Source of the DNA: Dicyema japonicum
Lineage: Eukaryota; Animalia; Dicyemida
Assembly (NCBI GenBank): GCA_011109175.1
Contig: RDEW01000009.1
Span: 1,105,652-1,169,651 of the forward strand
Length of the DNA: 64,000 bases
Direction: 5' to 3'
The number at the start of each line of letters is the position of its first letter. The first letter of the stretch is position 1. Shown one piece after another: positions 27,075-40,479 of this stretch. Under the pieces are notes generated by a model. It did not search any database. It was not told the origin of the DNA and saw only the letters and a program-made list of their open reading frames with translations. The translations under genes were made by a program, and so were the position numbers.

Positions 27075-28215
27075 TTAATCGCATGCAAAATTGTAACAGG
27101 TACAAAACTTAGCCTTGAGAAGTATAACGGGATGTTTGGAAGAAAAGTACTGGAAAAAAGAAAAATACTCACGTGCCATTCGTGGCCTTGAGTAAAACAA
27201 ATTATGGGGATGCAGAGCTCCCCTAATATGTAATTCAGAATCAATGCTCCCGAGGACTGTCAGAGTTGAACTCGTCCAGTTACGTTGTGGACATTATACT
27301 TATTTGAGCATATGGGAAATTTTTACGATCTTTTATAGCCATGGACTATTTGTTAGTGAAGGATCTCTGGAAACTACCTGAATTGCCTCGTGTTATTGAT
27401 GGGGAGGTTGATAACATAATTTGAGAGAATCAATACAAATACCTCCTCAAATAATTTCAATATCCCCTAAATGTAAATAAAGTCACGTGCAAGACACTAC
27501 CCATCAAGTAACAAGGTAATTTAGGTTGCATAACGATATTAAAGAGTCAGAGTTAAATTAAGCGGTTAAGGTTAAATAAAATCAGCGAACGGGTCTGTTC
27601 CTCATTTGGACCTCCACGTCGGATTCGTTTGAGAGACCAAACAACTTTTGAAAGTTCTACACTACAGCCACACCCACACGTGTCTCATGGAAAAGGTACA
27701 AATCATATAGAAGAACACGAATGAACAAGAGTACAGATCCTCGTCAGAAAGGCCGGAATGAGACAATCTCTGGAGAATGGGAAATGGCACAAAGGGAAGT
27801 TTGGCCACAGATTTCCCCACAAAGCTGATAATTGACCCCCAAAATACCGATTGCTGAGAATTTTCAGAATCACGGTGAAAAACAGGCCAGAAATGCCCAT
27901 CGTCTTAAATTTTAGCATATTCAGCTGTTTGCTTAGATCCTTGCATTTGTCCTCGAGTTGACCTAATATTAGTCAGAATCCCACTTGACCTCTTGAGTGA
28001 CTCCTTCGAGTTTGTGTTTGAAATTCTGGCTACTGAAAATATATGTACAAAATACGCTTGTTAAAAGATTTGGTCAATTCTTCGATGATGTTCTTGTATT
28101 TCCTTGTCGAATATATAAGGAACCAAGAACTCACTGGGATTCGATTAGCTAAAAAACCTTCTCCCAAAAAAGCAGTCAAAGACGCCAGAAGAAGTACAAG
28201 GAAGCAGTCGTGCAT
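27075..28215 (-). CDS. Unidentified multi-exon secreted or surface protein
   Basis: Signal-peptide-like MHDCFLVLLLASLTA; GT-AG micro-introns (e.g. gtattttgtacatatattttcag, gtgagtatttttcttttttccag); hydrophobic C-terminal stretch. Confidence 0.4.
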
Positions 28216-29069
28216 CGCAAAAAAATGAATTTTATTTTAAATAATCATAATATTTAAATTTTATATAATATGTTCGTTTATTTAAATTATTGAATTAAAT
28301 GGTTTGAGGATATTTGTGCCACGTGGCTACTTGATTGAAGATTTACATTTTTTTCTGTTCCTACTCTTCATTTTTAATAGAGTGATGTCATGTGATCCGA
28401 TGTATCCGAGGTTAAAAATATAGAGTGGTGTTTTTATTTCATGGAATGTCTTCACTCCTCAGGTGAATGTAGCATCTTGTTCCACCCTTTTGGTGGGAAT
28501 GGCGAAATGATAGACTCTAAAGACATTGGATACACTATACAAGGATACACAGGTAATTGTATACAATACACTATTATTTATTTTAAACCCCAAATCTAAT
28601 AATCTTTGGAAGATACTCGCAACCACAGCTGACAACTACAATCTTTCCGGTTTTCTGCTCTCGTCATTAAGAGATCAAAGGCTATTGACGACCATATCGT
28701 TGCGATTAATTTGGTGGAACAAAATCCGGTGCTTGACTATTCTCCTACTTTTATCAACTCTCTGATTACTCTTGTTAGGAAACTATACAGTTACATTTCT
28801 TAGATATTTCAAAGTATGAACATAGCTAACTAGTCATTATGATCTAGTTATCTCATTTTGAAAATATTTTCCCTCCTATAAGTACACCATTCACTATTAG
28901 ATTTGTGTAAGGAGACATCAATTACACATAGGAGCTAAGAAACCTCCTACTGGATAGTGAGATTGCCATAATTAACAAACTAAAATGTAATAAACGTAAA
29001 CATATTTAGGGTTGGTTGAGGTGGTGATGACACCTCTATTGCACTATGTCTTATTCGTATTACTTACCG

Positions 29070-29448
29070 ACTTCTCTGTTCACTCTGGGATCTTTCAATT
29101 GCAGAGGACTTTATCAACCTTACAAAAAACACAAACTGGTATGCGATCTAACTAAATATGACGTCTCTGTCTGCTGTCCGCAAGAGAAAAAACGACTGTA
29201 CAATGTACAGAACTATTTGGAAAATTCCACCTTTTTATCCTCCTGTCGGCCTGCTGACATTATGGTTTCGGATTTGCAGTCCATCAGGACCTGATTCACT
29301 ACGTTTCAAGGATGTGGACAGCATCTCATATTATAATGGAAATGGCGGACGACTTGCACTACCTAAGAGAACTAGTGCCAACAGAAGATCATGGTCGGAG
29401 CTAGCGGAAAGGATGGTTCGGAATACGGCACAAGGGAAACTTAACTAA
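29070..29448 (+). mobile_element. RTE-like LINE, internally deleted (APE start joined to 3' end)
   Basis: FTLGSFNCRGL..YDVSVCCPQE (APE motif I); ANRRSWSELAERMV terminal motif. Confidence 0.6.
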
Positions 29449-30192
29449 TTTTATGTTTTCTCGGGAGTGCTTTTTAATAAGAATATTTAGGGTTGTTAAA
29501 TATCGTTGTTGACTTCTATAAAAAACATTGAAATAATGGAGGACATCTTAAATTCCAATATTTAAAGTGAATGTACAATCAAAGCTGTCAATAAATGCTT
29601 TGTATTTGAAGTATTCCCCAATGCCAATCAATATTATGCCAAACAGAAGTGTATTCATTTTTCCTGATTTATTTATAGTCAAGTTCTCGCGATTAATCAA
29701 ATTCTCTCCACCCATTTGTATGAAAAGGCACTTAATCAACCATCCCTTTTCTCGACTGTTCCTCCTTTTTGATATTAAAAATCCGATGGCACGTAGGAAG
29801 GAAAGCTATTTGAGTCCTATGAGATTTCGGCTGGTAGTGTATTCTAAGAATGGAGATCAATTTACGAGTTAAAAATACAATATGGAAAAGTTTAATATGC
29901 AGTTCTGGTGATATTCCTTGTCACTTAAGCCAGCTAAAGGAAACTTAAAATAGTGATCCTAACCTATAACAGAGGAATGTTAAAGACCACTGTAATTTAT
30001 AAAACATTGTCAAAATTAAATAATAATTTGTTAAAAATGAAAAATCTTTCAGAAACTAGCTAATAAATCTACCTAAATACAACATTGCCTGTTTGTGAAC
30101 AAATATAACAATGAGTATATAGTTTTAACAATAACAACAAATAATAAAATTATTTAAGATTCACAGTAAACTAATCAAAAAGTTAAATAAGA

Positions 30193-31900
30193 TCATTGAA
30201 TAAATGCTTCCTTGGGAATTCTATTATAAGCCTGAGGAATTAGTTCATTAAAAGACCTTCAAGTTATTAAAGTCCGCCATCGCTCTAGTCACGTCCCATT
30301 TATTACCAACAAGACATCTACTATTATCAGCAACAATACTCATGGGCAAACGTCAGGATCATCCCAGTCTTGTTTGAAAATTCACTCACAATATTTATTT
30401 CAGGAGTGGTCAGAGCAGCAAGACTTGGTGGGAGTGATTGCTGATTAGCATTTGCAGAGTCCAGAGTAGCCGTAATTATCTTCTTGTAAGGTAGTTTACA
30501 GACAGTGATTTGTTCATTAATAATAGAGAACCTATAAGCATTACAACAACATGTTAACCCATTTTCGTTATTGGGGACCACACAGTACGTCCTCATGAAT
30601 AAAAACGTAAAATCAGTAATAACTACAGGTAAACACATTTACTTACTGTCGTAAACATCTCCAGTGACCGTAAACACTGCATAGGATGCCTGAGATAAGT
30701 CAAATGATTAACCTCTTCCACGTTCATGTCAAATGTTACTGCCGTGTGCTTAGACTGTGGCAGTTTACTCAAAAGGTCGATAATCCTTGCTCTACCTCGA
30801 AACGTCAAACTCTCGATTCGTCCTACAATCACCCATACGAGTACTGTCATCAGGAGCAAAGAACTTGAGGTTCCGACTGTTTTGCACATAAGTCTCGGGG
30901 ATCAGGCCCTTGCATCGGTACGTATTGGCTGACATCGTGACCACAGCGTCCACGTCGTAGGCATCTCCCAACGCCCGGACATTTCCCGCATCAATGAAGG
31001 AGAAATATCTAGGTAATCAATCAGTCTCACTTATTTATGAACTTCCCCAGTGCCTCAGCAAAAGCCATGTTTGAACAGCATATCATCTGCGTTGAATTGA
31101 GACCTCTACCTGGGGATCAGGTAACTGAATTCCTTTGTTTATAACATGTGTCTGCCTCTGGGGAGTAGTTGGTTGTCCTACAGTTTACAATCAAAACCAA
31201 CCAGACTCTTGAGTGTGGAGAACAGATCTATCAAATCTCTTAATATTGAGTCTGTAAATTGTACTACCGAACATAGTTCTGCTTCAAAACTCCCATAATG
31301 GGATTATTCCGTAGAATCAGCTCTTCCAGTTTTAGAAATCCAATTTTCCGTAGTTGGACGAGGCTGGATATCTAAAAATTAAAATCTTCTAGTTCGTCGT
31401 CCGTATATAAGAGTAATCTTTACATTGTTGTCGGCCAAATTTATTCTAATAATCCCCTTGTGCCGACGTAGAAAATGGGATATTGACCCCAGGTTGGTAA
31501 TATCGTTCCCCCAAGATTAAGGTTCACCACCTAGAAATCATGGATCGAAATACCTCGGAAGTAACCATGGAGACAACTCGAAATATTGCACCGACATCAC
31601 TTTGGGAGAAATATTCATCGGTATGACAGAATTGGCGAGGTCTGGATGAAGGAGGGGTATGGATCGTTTGAGAGTCGCTAAGGTCGAGATACTTGGATTC
31701 AACGTTGAACGCTTAGTGATCACCTTTTTTGGCCATTTCTAACCATCTGGGATCAGATATGCGTTGTTTTTCTTGTGATTCACAGTTTCGGTTGAAATCA
31801 CTGCGCCCAGTGCCCTCATTTGGTTCCCATCATTCATGTTTTTGAGGAATTTTCCTCTGTTTGGTTTGCGATTAAAAGGGCAGGATTCCATGTTGCTTTG
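30193..31900 (-). CDS. NXF1: Nuclear RNA export factor 1 (TAP); 5' boundary approximate
   Basis: Spliced translation gives NTF2-like GRARIIDLLSKLPQSKH..FMRTYCVVP..FSIINEQITV and TAP-C IVSEFSNKTGMILTFAHE-CLVGNKWDVTRAMADFNNLK-AYNRIPKEAFIQ*; introns of 22-27 nt. Confidence 0.85.
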
Positions 31901-32329
31901 CTGAGGTCGACCCACATAATTGCAGAATTATTCTTTTGAATAACTTTCGTTCATTTTTGTTGTGAAATGCCTATTTAAAGGTTGGGAATCTGTCCGACCA
32001 TAAATGGCACACAACAGCAATTATTCAATGTGAGATTTATTTAAATTTATTTATTTTATTAAATATTAATTATTAAATTTTATTGAATAATAATTGATGG
32101 GTTTAATACTAATTTTATTGAATACATCTTTATTATATATAATAGATATTTTGGTATAAAAATAGAGCAAAGATTGACGTAAGATGATAAAGTACATCAT
32201 TCCGGCTAAGGCTATATAATACCTTTGTTAAACCAGTCCTACCTATATAATTTATAAACGTGGGCGATCTCCAATCCTGAGGAACATGGGATAGACTCAT
32301 TTCATCGAAGACAGTTGAGGACAATGCCA

Positions 32330-32680
32330 AGGAAAATAAACAAGAAAGCTTTATATAATGTTTGCTCTATAGTCCTTTGAGTCTCGAGATCACTGATTTG
32401 AGGTGGAGGCTCTTCTGACATATACTGAGATTTAAAAATGGACACCCCAGCTAATATAGCAATGGAGAAGTACTTCGTTGAGACTGGACCACTTTTCTGT
32501 GGACGTCCGCAAATCACACTCCCTGGAATACTTTATGCTGATCTCAAATATGCCAAAAAGAAAATGCGGATAACATCTGGATGACTTGGGATAGGTTGTG
32601 CATGATCGCAGAAGGTGGAATCGCTTGGTTAGTTTAATAGTCTCTAACGCCGCACGAGTGACACTATAACTGTTATGATT
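32330..32680 (+). mobile_element. RTE-like LINE 3' end
   Basis: LRWRLF.HILR..TPANIAMEKYF..GRPQITLPGILYADL..DRRRWNRLV. Confidence 0.65.
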
Positions 32681-34378
32681 AAGTATATTGCTTTAACAAT
32701 AATAGGGAAAATCGACAGGGGTTCGTCCTGCGATCCGTATGGGTAATTAGGATTTGTTTCCACCATTTTTATTGTTTACGATAAAGTTTTATCGAGTTTG
32801 AAAATAAATTAATTTCTTTACTAATGTTATCCTGACATTGAGGTGGTAGAAGTGCTATTTAATCGCTAATTATGAAAACATAGATTCTAGCCATTTACCT
32901 GCCTCCTGAGTAATTGATGGGTTTAATACTATTTTATATGCAGCCCAGTCATATAGACCAAAGAGAGGTGTTAACGAAACAATGAATGCTAATTACCAGT
33001 TCTGTCGAATTAATCACCATTAGGGCTATAATAAAAGTCTTAAAGAAAGGAACTAGACAGTGAAGTGTGAGAAAACAAAGACTTTAGTGTGATGATGGGT
33101 AGATTGACCCCCATTCCCCAAAATGGATTGTCAACATTTGAATTATAACTCAAAATATGGATGTGTGTATCTCCCAATAGTCGTGTCTCGTCTCCCCAAA
33201 AATTTAAAAGCATTTTTTTACTTAAGTTGACATTACCATCTAAAGATTTAGCTAGTCCGACAGTTTTTTTTTTTACCCCAAGATCACCGGATTAGAAAAA
33301 GTTAAAAGTTAACTACTAACTAAGTGATCCCGGTTTTCCGGGTTCTGGCTCTCGTTCGGGGTCCTCGGAGATCCAACAGAATTGGTAGAAACGGGGACGG
33401 TCTCATTCTCCATAGATTCCCCGCATTTTCTAGATAGTCAGATATAGAGAGTAAAAGCGGACAGCCGGTTTTCATTGCCCACTATAGAAATGACTTCACT
33501 CTCCACCTTAGGTGTTCTTTAACATTCAATACGTTATCCACAGTTTTCTTATTTATTATTTTCAAGGCAGCAAGTTGTGCGGCTTCTAATTTTTGAGACG
33601 ACGATTCAGAAATCATCGAGCTAGTCCGCAGTTTGGGAAATAAAAGTAACTTTCAAAATCATTTCTATTATTTCGATCCGTCTCAACGGCTAAGTTAAGT
33701 TAATTACTCCATATTTGGCCATAGAAATAATCAAGTACTGTCGAACCTTGATTTGAGCCACAATGTAGCTCAAGAACCGAGGTTATATCTTAAACAGAGG
33801 TACATAGATATTTTCCTTTGAATAGTATTTTAATACAAAAAATAATTCAAAAATATTTTAAAAGTTAAATTTGTTATGAAAAACTAATTTAAAGACCATT
33901 ACATTATTTTGGAAATAATGTGTTAATTTTCTCCAAAGTGATTTTTCCCGCAGCAGTTTTTTCCTTAGTTAATAGAAATCTATTCATAATTATGGAGTTT
34001 GCAAATGTCTTCCTCTATTTGGCTGATTGTTACTAATTGATCGTTTTTTTCAATTTCTGAAAATTCTGTCTTCCTGTTCAATCCACCGTTGTTTTAAAGG
34101 CTTCTTCCACTTTCTCTTTTAAATTCACTTCAATTTCTTTATCACATTCTTTTTCTCTGAATTGACATTCCAGAATCTTTTTCCAACAATTGGATTTCAG
34201 TCATGTTGTCCCATGTGTCAGAAGTAGTCTGCATGGCATTTCTCATGTTTAAAGACTCCCAAAAGTTATTAGCAATCAATTAAATTTATAAAATAGTTTA
34301 AAGTTATTCTGAGTGGCTCATAACGAGGTAATTTTATTTATTGATTTTTATAAATCTCATTAAAAACATTGTTTAGAC

Positions 34379-35053
34379 CAGGCATGTCAAACATGCGGCC
34401 TTTTGCAAGCAGACACAAAGGATCGTTATTAGTCGACTACGTTGACGCTTATCCTTTTGTCATCAAAGTGAAACCACCAAAGAAAAGATGTGGATTTTTT
34501 TCAGTGGCGTCAAATTGACAGGTCGCGGTTATGCACTTTCTACGTGGGCAGAAAGCGTTCATATTCTTCAACTTTATACTCGCCCTTAAATACGAACGTT
34601 CCCAGAACAACAATACTGTCCTACAAGGTGCTTGCTTCCACGTGTTTGGCAGAACACTGTGCACTTACGATGGAACTATTAAAAATGCAGTCTGATGTTG
34701 CACTCAGCAAAATACCTCAGTGGGGATATCTGGCTTCTACTCATAACATCCTGAAAAGTTTACATACTTCATAAAGTTTTCAATGAGGATGATGGCAATG
34801 TTCGGTCCATCTATGTTGTGGACAGTTGTTTTTTTTCATAAATTCAGCAAAATCTTCTCAGAGAGCAGGGCTGACTGATGAACACTTGTCATCCCTTATC
34901 AAAGTCGAACTGCAAATACATTTCAGATATACGAAAAAATGTCATGTAAAAGAGGCACCTCAATAAAATTAAAGTGTATTTCAGATTTGTTAGTGTCTTG
35001 TATACTCAAATTATCTTATGCGGCCATTGAGCTTTTTGAGCTTGCCATGCCTG
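34379..35053 (+). mobile_element. Non-autonomous, internally deleted hAT (Buster/SPIN, GTF2IRD2-like)
   Basis: Perfect 8-bp TSD gtttagac (34371-34378 and 35054-35061); TIR caggcatgtcaa/ttgccatgcctg; remnant LTDEHLSSLIKV of the dimerisation region. Confidence 0.9.
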
Positions 35054-35299
35054 GTTTAGACAATCCTGGCTCAAAACCAGTTTGTATCATAAACTGAGTG
35101 TGGTTCATCGCCGGGGTCTGGCATGAACCAAGGTCCGACTGTATAAAACTCTTGTTTATTTTCCTTAAACATATTAAAAAGTATTTTTTAATTGATTTAA
35201 TTGTTGCTCGTCGGGGAAGTAGACTAGAAGAAGCCCAATATTATTCAATTCATTTATTCCAAGTAAAATATTAATTTTAAAATTTAAAGAAATAATGTT

Positions 35300-38000
35300 A
35301 AAAATTTAGTTACAAATATTTCCTTTTTATTAGCAAAGACGCCTTTTCTACGAGCAATTTAGTGTTTGGGGTTCTCCAACACACTCTAGATCATCCACAA
35401 ATTTCGGTTCTGAGCAGTCCAGGTTACTTGTTCCGTCGTCCTGAGAGTCTTTGTTATCCATTCTCGTATAGATATTATTTATTTTTTTTAGCTCCTTAGT
35501 TTTTCGACAAAACCCGTCTTATTCCTGTATGAAACAATCATCGACTCAAAAGTTTTACGTATAACCAATGATTGAATGTACGTATAGGTTCTTTCGCTCA
35601 TGTTCAGAGATCTGGAATGTTCCCACGAGTGTGAGGTTACCAATCCATCCCAGGTCAGTACTATTGGGACAATTCTCACTTTCGCATGGTGTATTGATTC
35701 CAGTTCTTCCGATAAAAGGTCATACTTTCTCAGTTTTTCGAATTCTACTTGTTGGAGATTTTGGGTTGATGCCCACTTCAATCAACTGTCTTTGAATTCT
35801 CTTTTTATCTTGGAAAAATAAATCTGGTTTGTTGTGTTCAATGTTTACATCGGTTTTGATGAAAGAATCAAGTCTTATCTCTACCAAATCATTAAACTAA
35901 ATTGTTTGCACTGAATGGGTTTCTAATCTTTTTCGTTTTTGAGATCGAATTCTTTGCAAAAATGAACGTACGACTTCATTATGTCTTCTGACGTAATCTC
36001 CGTGCAACATTTTGCCGCATCTTGTAGCACAATGATCGACGGTTTTCTTCCATTTTTTACACAAGGTGCAAATCTTGTTCAGTTCTCAAAAGAAGAAATT
36101 TCTGTCCTGGACTAACAGAACAAGGCTTTCGATTTTGGAAAGTTGTTCCCTTTTGCTATCACAGGGATAAAAATTCAGTGTTTACGAAATCTTCCGATAG
36201 CTTTTTGTACACTTGCGAATGAAGACTTTTCATACTTATTTGTTTCTTTAAGTTTTCTCTTTGTAGGTCAATCAAAAATTTTCTATCCTGGATAAATGTA
36301 TTGTCAACAGAGTACTTCCCCGCAAAAATTCTACAATAATAGCCATATGTTTTACTTAAGGTTTCGGCCTGAAGAATAGCGGAACTTCTTCAGCAACAAG
36401 TACTTCTTCCTTTCAAATTGTTCAGAAAACCAAATAACATTCTCTCACTGAGGAAAGAGATCGAACACAATCCTCTCCCTAGCATGTTTCGAGGTATGTA
36501 AGTCTCTCTTTGCAAGCTGGTTTAATGTGTACATGATATTAATTCAGCAAACTACGGATAGAAGTATCAATCTTCTCAAATTCATTCGGTTCAAATCAAT
36601 TATCCGATATAGTGATTGTATAAAATAATCCATGTTCGTTAATTGCTTTAAAAAGTTTGACCGAGTTCAATTTAGTGTTTGCTAATTTTTTCTATTCTTT
36701 GGCATACTTCAGAAAATATTGTTTTAAGCATGTCTGTCTTGTTAATTTGCCCTTCCAATACACCCAAATACTTATATCCATCAATTCCATCAATTACTTT
36801 AGCTTCATTTGATAACAACAAAGAATTAGTAGCCGATTTATCCAAGTTCTTTTCAAGACCAACAGATTTGAAATATAAATTAACTTGTTCCATCATCTTA
36901 ACAATAACTTCATCGTTCGAAATAAGTTTTAGGTCGTCTATGAATAAAATGATTATGAAAAGATGAAATTGACTGATCATTACTGGTATCGAAATTTAAG
37001 ATATCTGTTATTAAGGAATCGGCTAAGTGGATCCAACACTGGCACAAATAGCATAGGAGACAAACGATCTCCCTGTAAAATTCCTCTTTGTAGTTTGATA
37101 GTGCGAATATTTTCTTTATTCAAAAAAAGCTTGAGTTTCCAGTTTTGAATAAGTATATTAATTACGTTAACAATCCACGATGGAATGCCAGAGTTTTCAA
37201 GGAATCAAAGAGAAAATCATGGTTTACTGAGTCGAAAGCCTTTTTAACGTCAATCCATGCTGCATAAAGTCCAAATCTGTTGATGTTAAGTGACTTATTC
37301 ACCAGAGCCTGTTCCTTAGCACCTTGGCATCTCTTCCTAGTGCCCATTTGATTTTCAGTAGATCAAATGCTTCCGCATAGTCAGTTAGCTTCATATTAAT
37401 GCTTCCACAAATCTACTCATCACATTAAATATTGAGTCGTGCAAAGACGTGAACTTTTTAACAAAAAAGTTGAAAACTCCATCGCAGCCTGGGACTTTCC
37501 AATTAGGCAGATATTTAATTGTTTCATTAAACTCATTTCTATTAAATCCAACAGGTACATTCTCGACGCCGGTTATTCTTTTTTCAATATTGACTCTCTC
37601 TAAACATACATTTTTCTTTTTCCAAACGTCTTCCCAAAAGTCTGCACATTTTTCATTATCAATAGACTCAGTAACATTATTTGCCGTAGGGGTTAGGTTT
37701 CTGTAAAATGATAAGAGTAGAGTAGAAATTTGATACATAAAAATTATAGAGTTCTTTTTAACCCATTGGATGACACAGTTCAAACACTCCAATAAGTTAT
37801 TGTCAATCTTGACATAGGGAATCTTTTTGGTTCGGGTCTCGAGCTTTGTTCAATTTGCTCTGCAATTATCAATTGTTCCATAAATGTGCGTCGGCAGTGA
37901 TCGTAAAATTTAGGATCCAGAGACGGTGAAGACAATCAAGTTCATTGCGTGATAATTGTTTGTGTTCCTGGACGTATATCAGTTTTCTGAACTCATGTAT
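35300..38000 (-). mobile_element. R4/Dong-like non-LTR retrotransposon, near full length, frameshifted
   Basis: WKVPGCDG, WIDVKKAFDSV, GILQGDRLSP, LFIDDLKL, YKYLGV, CTLC..DH..C knuckle, EKLRKYDLL..VRIVPIVLTWDG. Confidence 0.85.
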
Positions 38001-38859
38001 TGTTATTTCCTCTCCAAACTTAGTCTTGAACCCCTTTAAGAGAATAGCCCATCCACCTCTGGGGACACGACCCAGCCTAGAGCGCGTGCTTTCAATAACT
38101 GAGGCAGCCTATTGTTTTTGACAATCAGCTGTAAAATATATTATAAATAGCTTATAATTTCATACTATAGTGGTATGTCACCACCTTAACCATCACAATG
38201 TCATTCATATTGGAATTTTATTTTAATTATTATGGATGAAATAATTAATAAACTATGATGACGTCATTTAAATGTACTCCTTAAAACCATAACAGGTATA
38301 TCAACTTCAACAATCGGAGTAAGACGGGTTATTCAAAGTATCACATCCACCCATATTGTGAAAAACTTCTAATGGAGTAAGGAAAAGTGATCCTTTTGCC
38401 GGTCAGGCACTGAGAGTCGCTTGAGAAAGGTGAATCACATGACTCCTCCTGGGAATCGAAGAAAGCACAGAGGAGTGAGAAATCCTCCATCAAGTAGGCA
38501 AGGGTGTGGGAATCAAACCCACACGACCTGTTGTGGAAATATAACTTCAGAAATTGGTTGCAATAATATAATTTAATATATTAACCACAAGAAGGTAAGA
38601 GTCATCATCTAATCTAGTGATCCAGATGTCCATACCAACTTCCTCTTGTGGTTGGTCTTAGAATCCTAAATTAATCTCCACAAAGAGGAAGGTTTCTTAT
38701 GACAGGCTTCTAGATATAATCTGACTTGAGGCCAAAGGGATGTTCAGGAAACATGCAATTTTGGGAAAGTGATATTAGAAAATTATATAAATATTTAAAA
38801 TTATTTATAAAAATGTCAATTTATATATAAATTAAATTTCCTAAAAAATAAATTAAGAA

Positions 38860-39228
38860 TAAACTAATGCCAACTCGATGTTATTTAAAAAAGAAGGACT
38901 CAAAGGAGAAAAAGAAAGTGCTTTTCGCGATTCACGATAACGGAGGGGACTGGCGGTTGATAGCAAAATCTTTAGAAGTAAACCTACGAACGGCCTACAG
39001 ATGGATAAAGGAGGGATACAAGGAGGACGAAAGAGGGGGCCCCGACACATGAAACTGAGTGAAGTTCATAATCAGTTTCTGCTCTCAAAACTTCTTCAAA
39101 ATTCAAAATTTTCATTAAAGGATCTCCAAAACGAGATTCTACAAAATTTCCAAGTGAGTGTATCACGTGAGTGCATCAGAAAACGTATTTCAAAGATGAA
39201 GTATTTAAATTTTAATAAATCTGATTGA
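38860..39228 (+). mobile_element. IS630/Tc1 transposase N-terminal HTH fragment
   Basis: GGDWRLIAKSLEVNLRTAYRWI..RGG..KLSEVH..SLKDLQNEI..VSVSRECIRK. Confidence 0.7.
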
Positions 39229-39589
39229 TTTATTCACATTTGAATCAATTTACATAATTATTCCTCGTTGATTTTTCTTTTTAGCTAATTTTATATATCC
39301 TCAAGTCACATTTGTCAACTAGGTTTTAGGTCAAATAGATGAGATCAAGAGGAATCAATATATTGAGGGTCCCTATTGGCCAATATGTTAAATACCTGTA
39401 AACTTTCATTGTCGTCGATTAATAAATAATGAATCAATCATGTTGCCACTAATTTTTTTGAGGTCTTGAAACTTAAAAGACAATCCGACGTCATATAATG
39501 CTGTCAATTTGAACCGCGGAAGGACATTCGATAATTCTTTAATTTCACAAATTCAAACAATTTATTACGTGTTAAAGTGAACAAATGGT

Positions 39590-40380
39590 CATATAGCCAT
39601 GACTGCGTAGCTATTCTCTCTCAGGATGGAGAGATTCGCTCAAATAACCAGCAGCGCTCGCGGGGATCTCCTGATCGTGTAGATATCCGATTCCCTTGAC
39701 GCGCAGGCCCAAGGGAACCAAACGTCTCAACGGCGAGTGGAACAAACAAAAAATCATTGGGTAGGACCGCGTACTTTGTCGTTTTCAACATTTCAGCCTT
39801 CTCAGCGGCAGGACAGGTCCGGGGGCACTCTGGAGTAGATTGCAAGGGGCAAACGTGTCGGCGCAGGTGACGTTTAGACAACAGGTTTCCCGGCTAAAAA
39901 AGGAAAAATGGTCATCCTATCTTATCGTTTTCCGTCACCCCAGCAAAGACCGACTGGTTCGAGCATGGAGGGGTGTTTGGTGGCGTCCAAAACTCGCCTA
40001 ACGACTTCGTTCAAGGCCATGTGTCTGGGAGATCTGCCTGCAGAAGATAGGATGTAGGCCAAAACAGTAAATCTAGTCTCCGCATCGGCATGGATATGGC
40101 ACACAGACTTTTAATCCGAGTCTATTGAGATCCCAATACGGACGCATTAATCATCCAGAAAGGTACTCGAAAATTTATTAGGAATGGCGTTGATCCAGGC
40201 ACCGCTCTCGGAAGACGCCCCGACAACAAACAAGTATGGAGATGCTGGTTAGATGACACCAGAAGATCTTCAAATGACTTCCAGCATACGGAATCGTACA
40301 GACCCCGTTGAGAAATCATGAAAGGTATGGAAAACGGATAGGTACGACTCCAGGTCTCACGAGCAGTCTTTTATCTATTC
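39590..40380 (-). mobile_element. CRE-like retrotransposon 3' portion
   Basis: RHMALNEVVRR..LEPVGLCWGDGKR; FVPLAVETFGSLG..WLFERIS. Confidence 0.8.
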
Positions 40381-40479
40381 ATCGAAAATTATCAACACAG
40401 ATTGGCTTGTTATCAGACAACTACGTATTTTAATTTAACTCGGGAACCACAAGAAAGAGGATAAGAGTAATCATCTAAA

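Noticed and set aside
28043-28228. Histone-like basic ORF (KKPSPKKAVK)
   Set aside because: It is the antisense shadow of a hydrophobic signal-peptide exon and has no histone fold.
38500-38530. tRNA T-arm-like sequence on the minus strand (gtgggtttgattcccac)
   Set aside because: No D-arm/A-box or anticodon arm is found; at most a SINE or tRNA remnant.
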